This document shows positions 53,031 through 56,640 of a stretch of DNA of 56,640 nt, piece by piece; within the stretch, counting starts at the first letter, position 1; each line of letters begins with the position of its first letter. The notes under the pieces were generated by a model that made no database searches, had not been told where the DNA came from, and worked only from the letters and a program-made list of their open reading frames with translations. The DNA is from Nemertoderma westbladi (taxonomy: Eukaryota > Animalia > Xenacoelomorpha). The translations under genes and the position numbers were made by a program. The stretch lies in contig JAUCBJ010006728.1 of assembly GCA_032718475.1 (NCBI GenBank), forward strand, positions 1-56,640. Reading direction: 5' to 3'.

Positions 53031-54228
53031 GGGCCATTCTCACCAAAATTGGCCAAACGGGTGTCCTGAAGCCATAACTTCTGTTTATGGCGGTTCTAGA
53101 AAGTGGTTTATGGCTTCAAAGAAAGCTGCTGAAGCGTAGATTTTGTACAGTTAATTTCAGCTCCAACATACATCATTTCTTCCTGTAGCAAAACATAATA
53201 TGGCCAAAAATATGGTCAAAATGGCATTTTCACATGTCCCAGGTCCAAAGTGCTAGTAGAACAAACTGTTATAAAATTCCAACCCCAAGGTCATATCCAG
53301 TAAACCAACATAACGCTAGAAAGCCGGGTAAATGGATATTCGTTTTCAGCAGTATTTGTATACGTACAATGTAGTTGGTGTCGTACAGCTGCATTTAACA
53401 TCGTGTCCGACACTTTTCAGATTTTTATGTCCGACCCTGTAATGGTGCTCATTTCATCTTAACTTTTTAAGAGCAATCCTAAAAGTAAATATTCATTTGA
53501 AAGCAAATTTTCTCAGGATGACCACGTTAAAATTTCATCGCATTTGATTAATTTCCGTACAAGTAATCGTCTTCTAAGTAGACCAAGGTATATGTGACAA
53601 TCACTTTGTCCGGCCCCTGTAATGGTCAGAGATTGCCTATTTAAAAGTGATAGAATTACTGATAAGAGTTAGTAAAAATACTGCCAGATTCGTATTTCTC
53701 AGCGCTTTCAGGGGATGTATGAAATATGTAGGTTAGCCACACTGCAAATTATTTACAGACAATAATCAATCACTGTGTCCGGCCCTGTAATGGTGTCCGC
53801 CCCTGGTAATGTATGGCTCTAGGAGGCTCTGGGATCACGTTCACTATGTAATATATATGTTTAATATAATAAAAGTATATCTTTCACTATTCAAAATATA
53901 ATTATAGGCGTGGATTATTATATATTTTCCAAGAAATGTATGCATTACAAGCCGGACAAATCATTACAGGGCGTGGACATAATGATATATTTACAATGGA
54001 TTTATATTGAAATGTTAAAGCATTACAGGCCGGACAAATCATTACTGGGCGGACTCGTTTTAAATGCCAAATAAATTTTTTCAACGGCGCAAAAGTGTTT
54101 GACTATGGTGCCCATGAAATTCCTGACATCATGAGCTTTCAGAAAATATATGGGTTTACTATATTCTGGAGAAAAATTTTTTTGGAAAAATTTACTCCCG
54201 TTTTGGCCAATTTTGGTGAGAATGGGCC
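53031..54228. mobile_element. Non-autonomous DNA transposon (MITE), ~31-bp TIRs, 4-bp TSD ATAG (Sola-like)
   Basis: Left end GGGCCATTCTCACCAAAATTGGCCAAACGGG, right end CCCGTTTTGGCCAATTTTGGTGAGAATGGGCC. ATAG at 53027-53030 and 54229-54232. Internal TGTCCG.CCCTGTAATG motifs in both orientations. No ORF. Confidence 0.9.

Positions 54229-56640
<2,412 letters not shown>

Overview
Repeat-dense window from an AT-rich eukaryotic genome, probably an invertebrate animal. No intact host gene is recognisable. It holds four minisatellite arrays (~30, 23, 38 and 30 bp units), decayed LINEs (one CR1/L2-like, two RTE-like pieces), SINE remnants and a solo LTR. A ~13-kb minus-strand BEL/Pao LTR element (23923-36910) encodes Gag and protease, lacks RT and integrase, and carries an unknown accessory ORF. 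It has no tRNA PBS; at that position is a 13-nt perfect complement of its own LTR. Directly next to it is the 3' part of a second, plus-strand LTR element (36927-40975). That element encodes a DEDDy 3'-5' exonuclease fused to CCHC zinc knuckles. Its 1.28-kb LTR carries about nine predicted structured RNA hairpins (kink-turn/UUCG and loop-E/GAAA types, with paired substitutions), one of which recurs inside the exonuclease CDS. The window ends in large inverted (CCTATG)n and (TAGGCG)n hexamer arrays, with a 1.2-kb MITE inserted in the latter. Most long ORFs in the supplied track are translations of tandem repeats.
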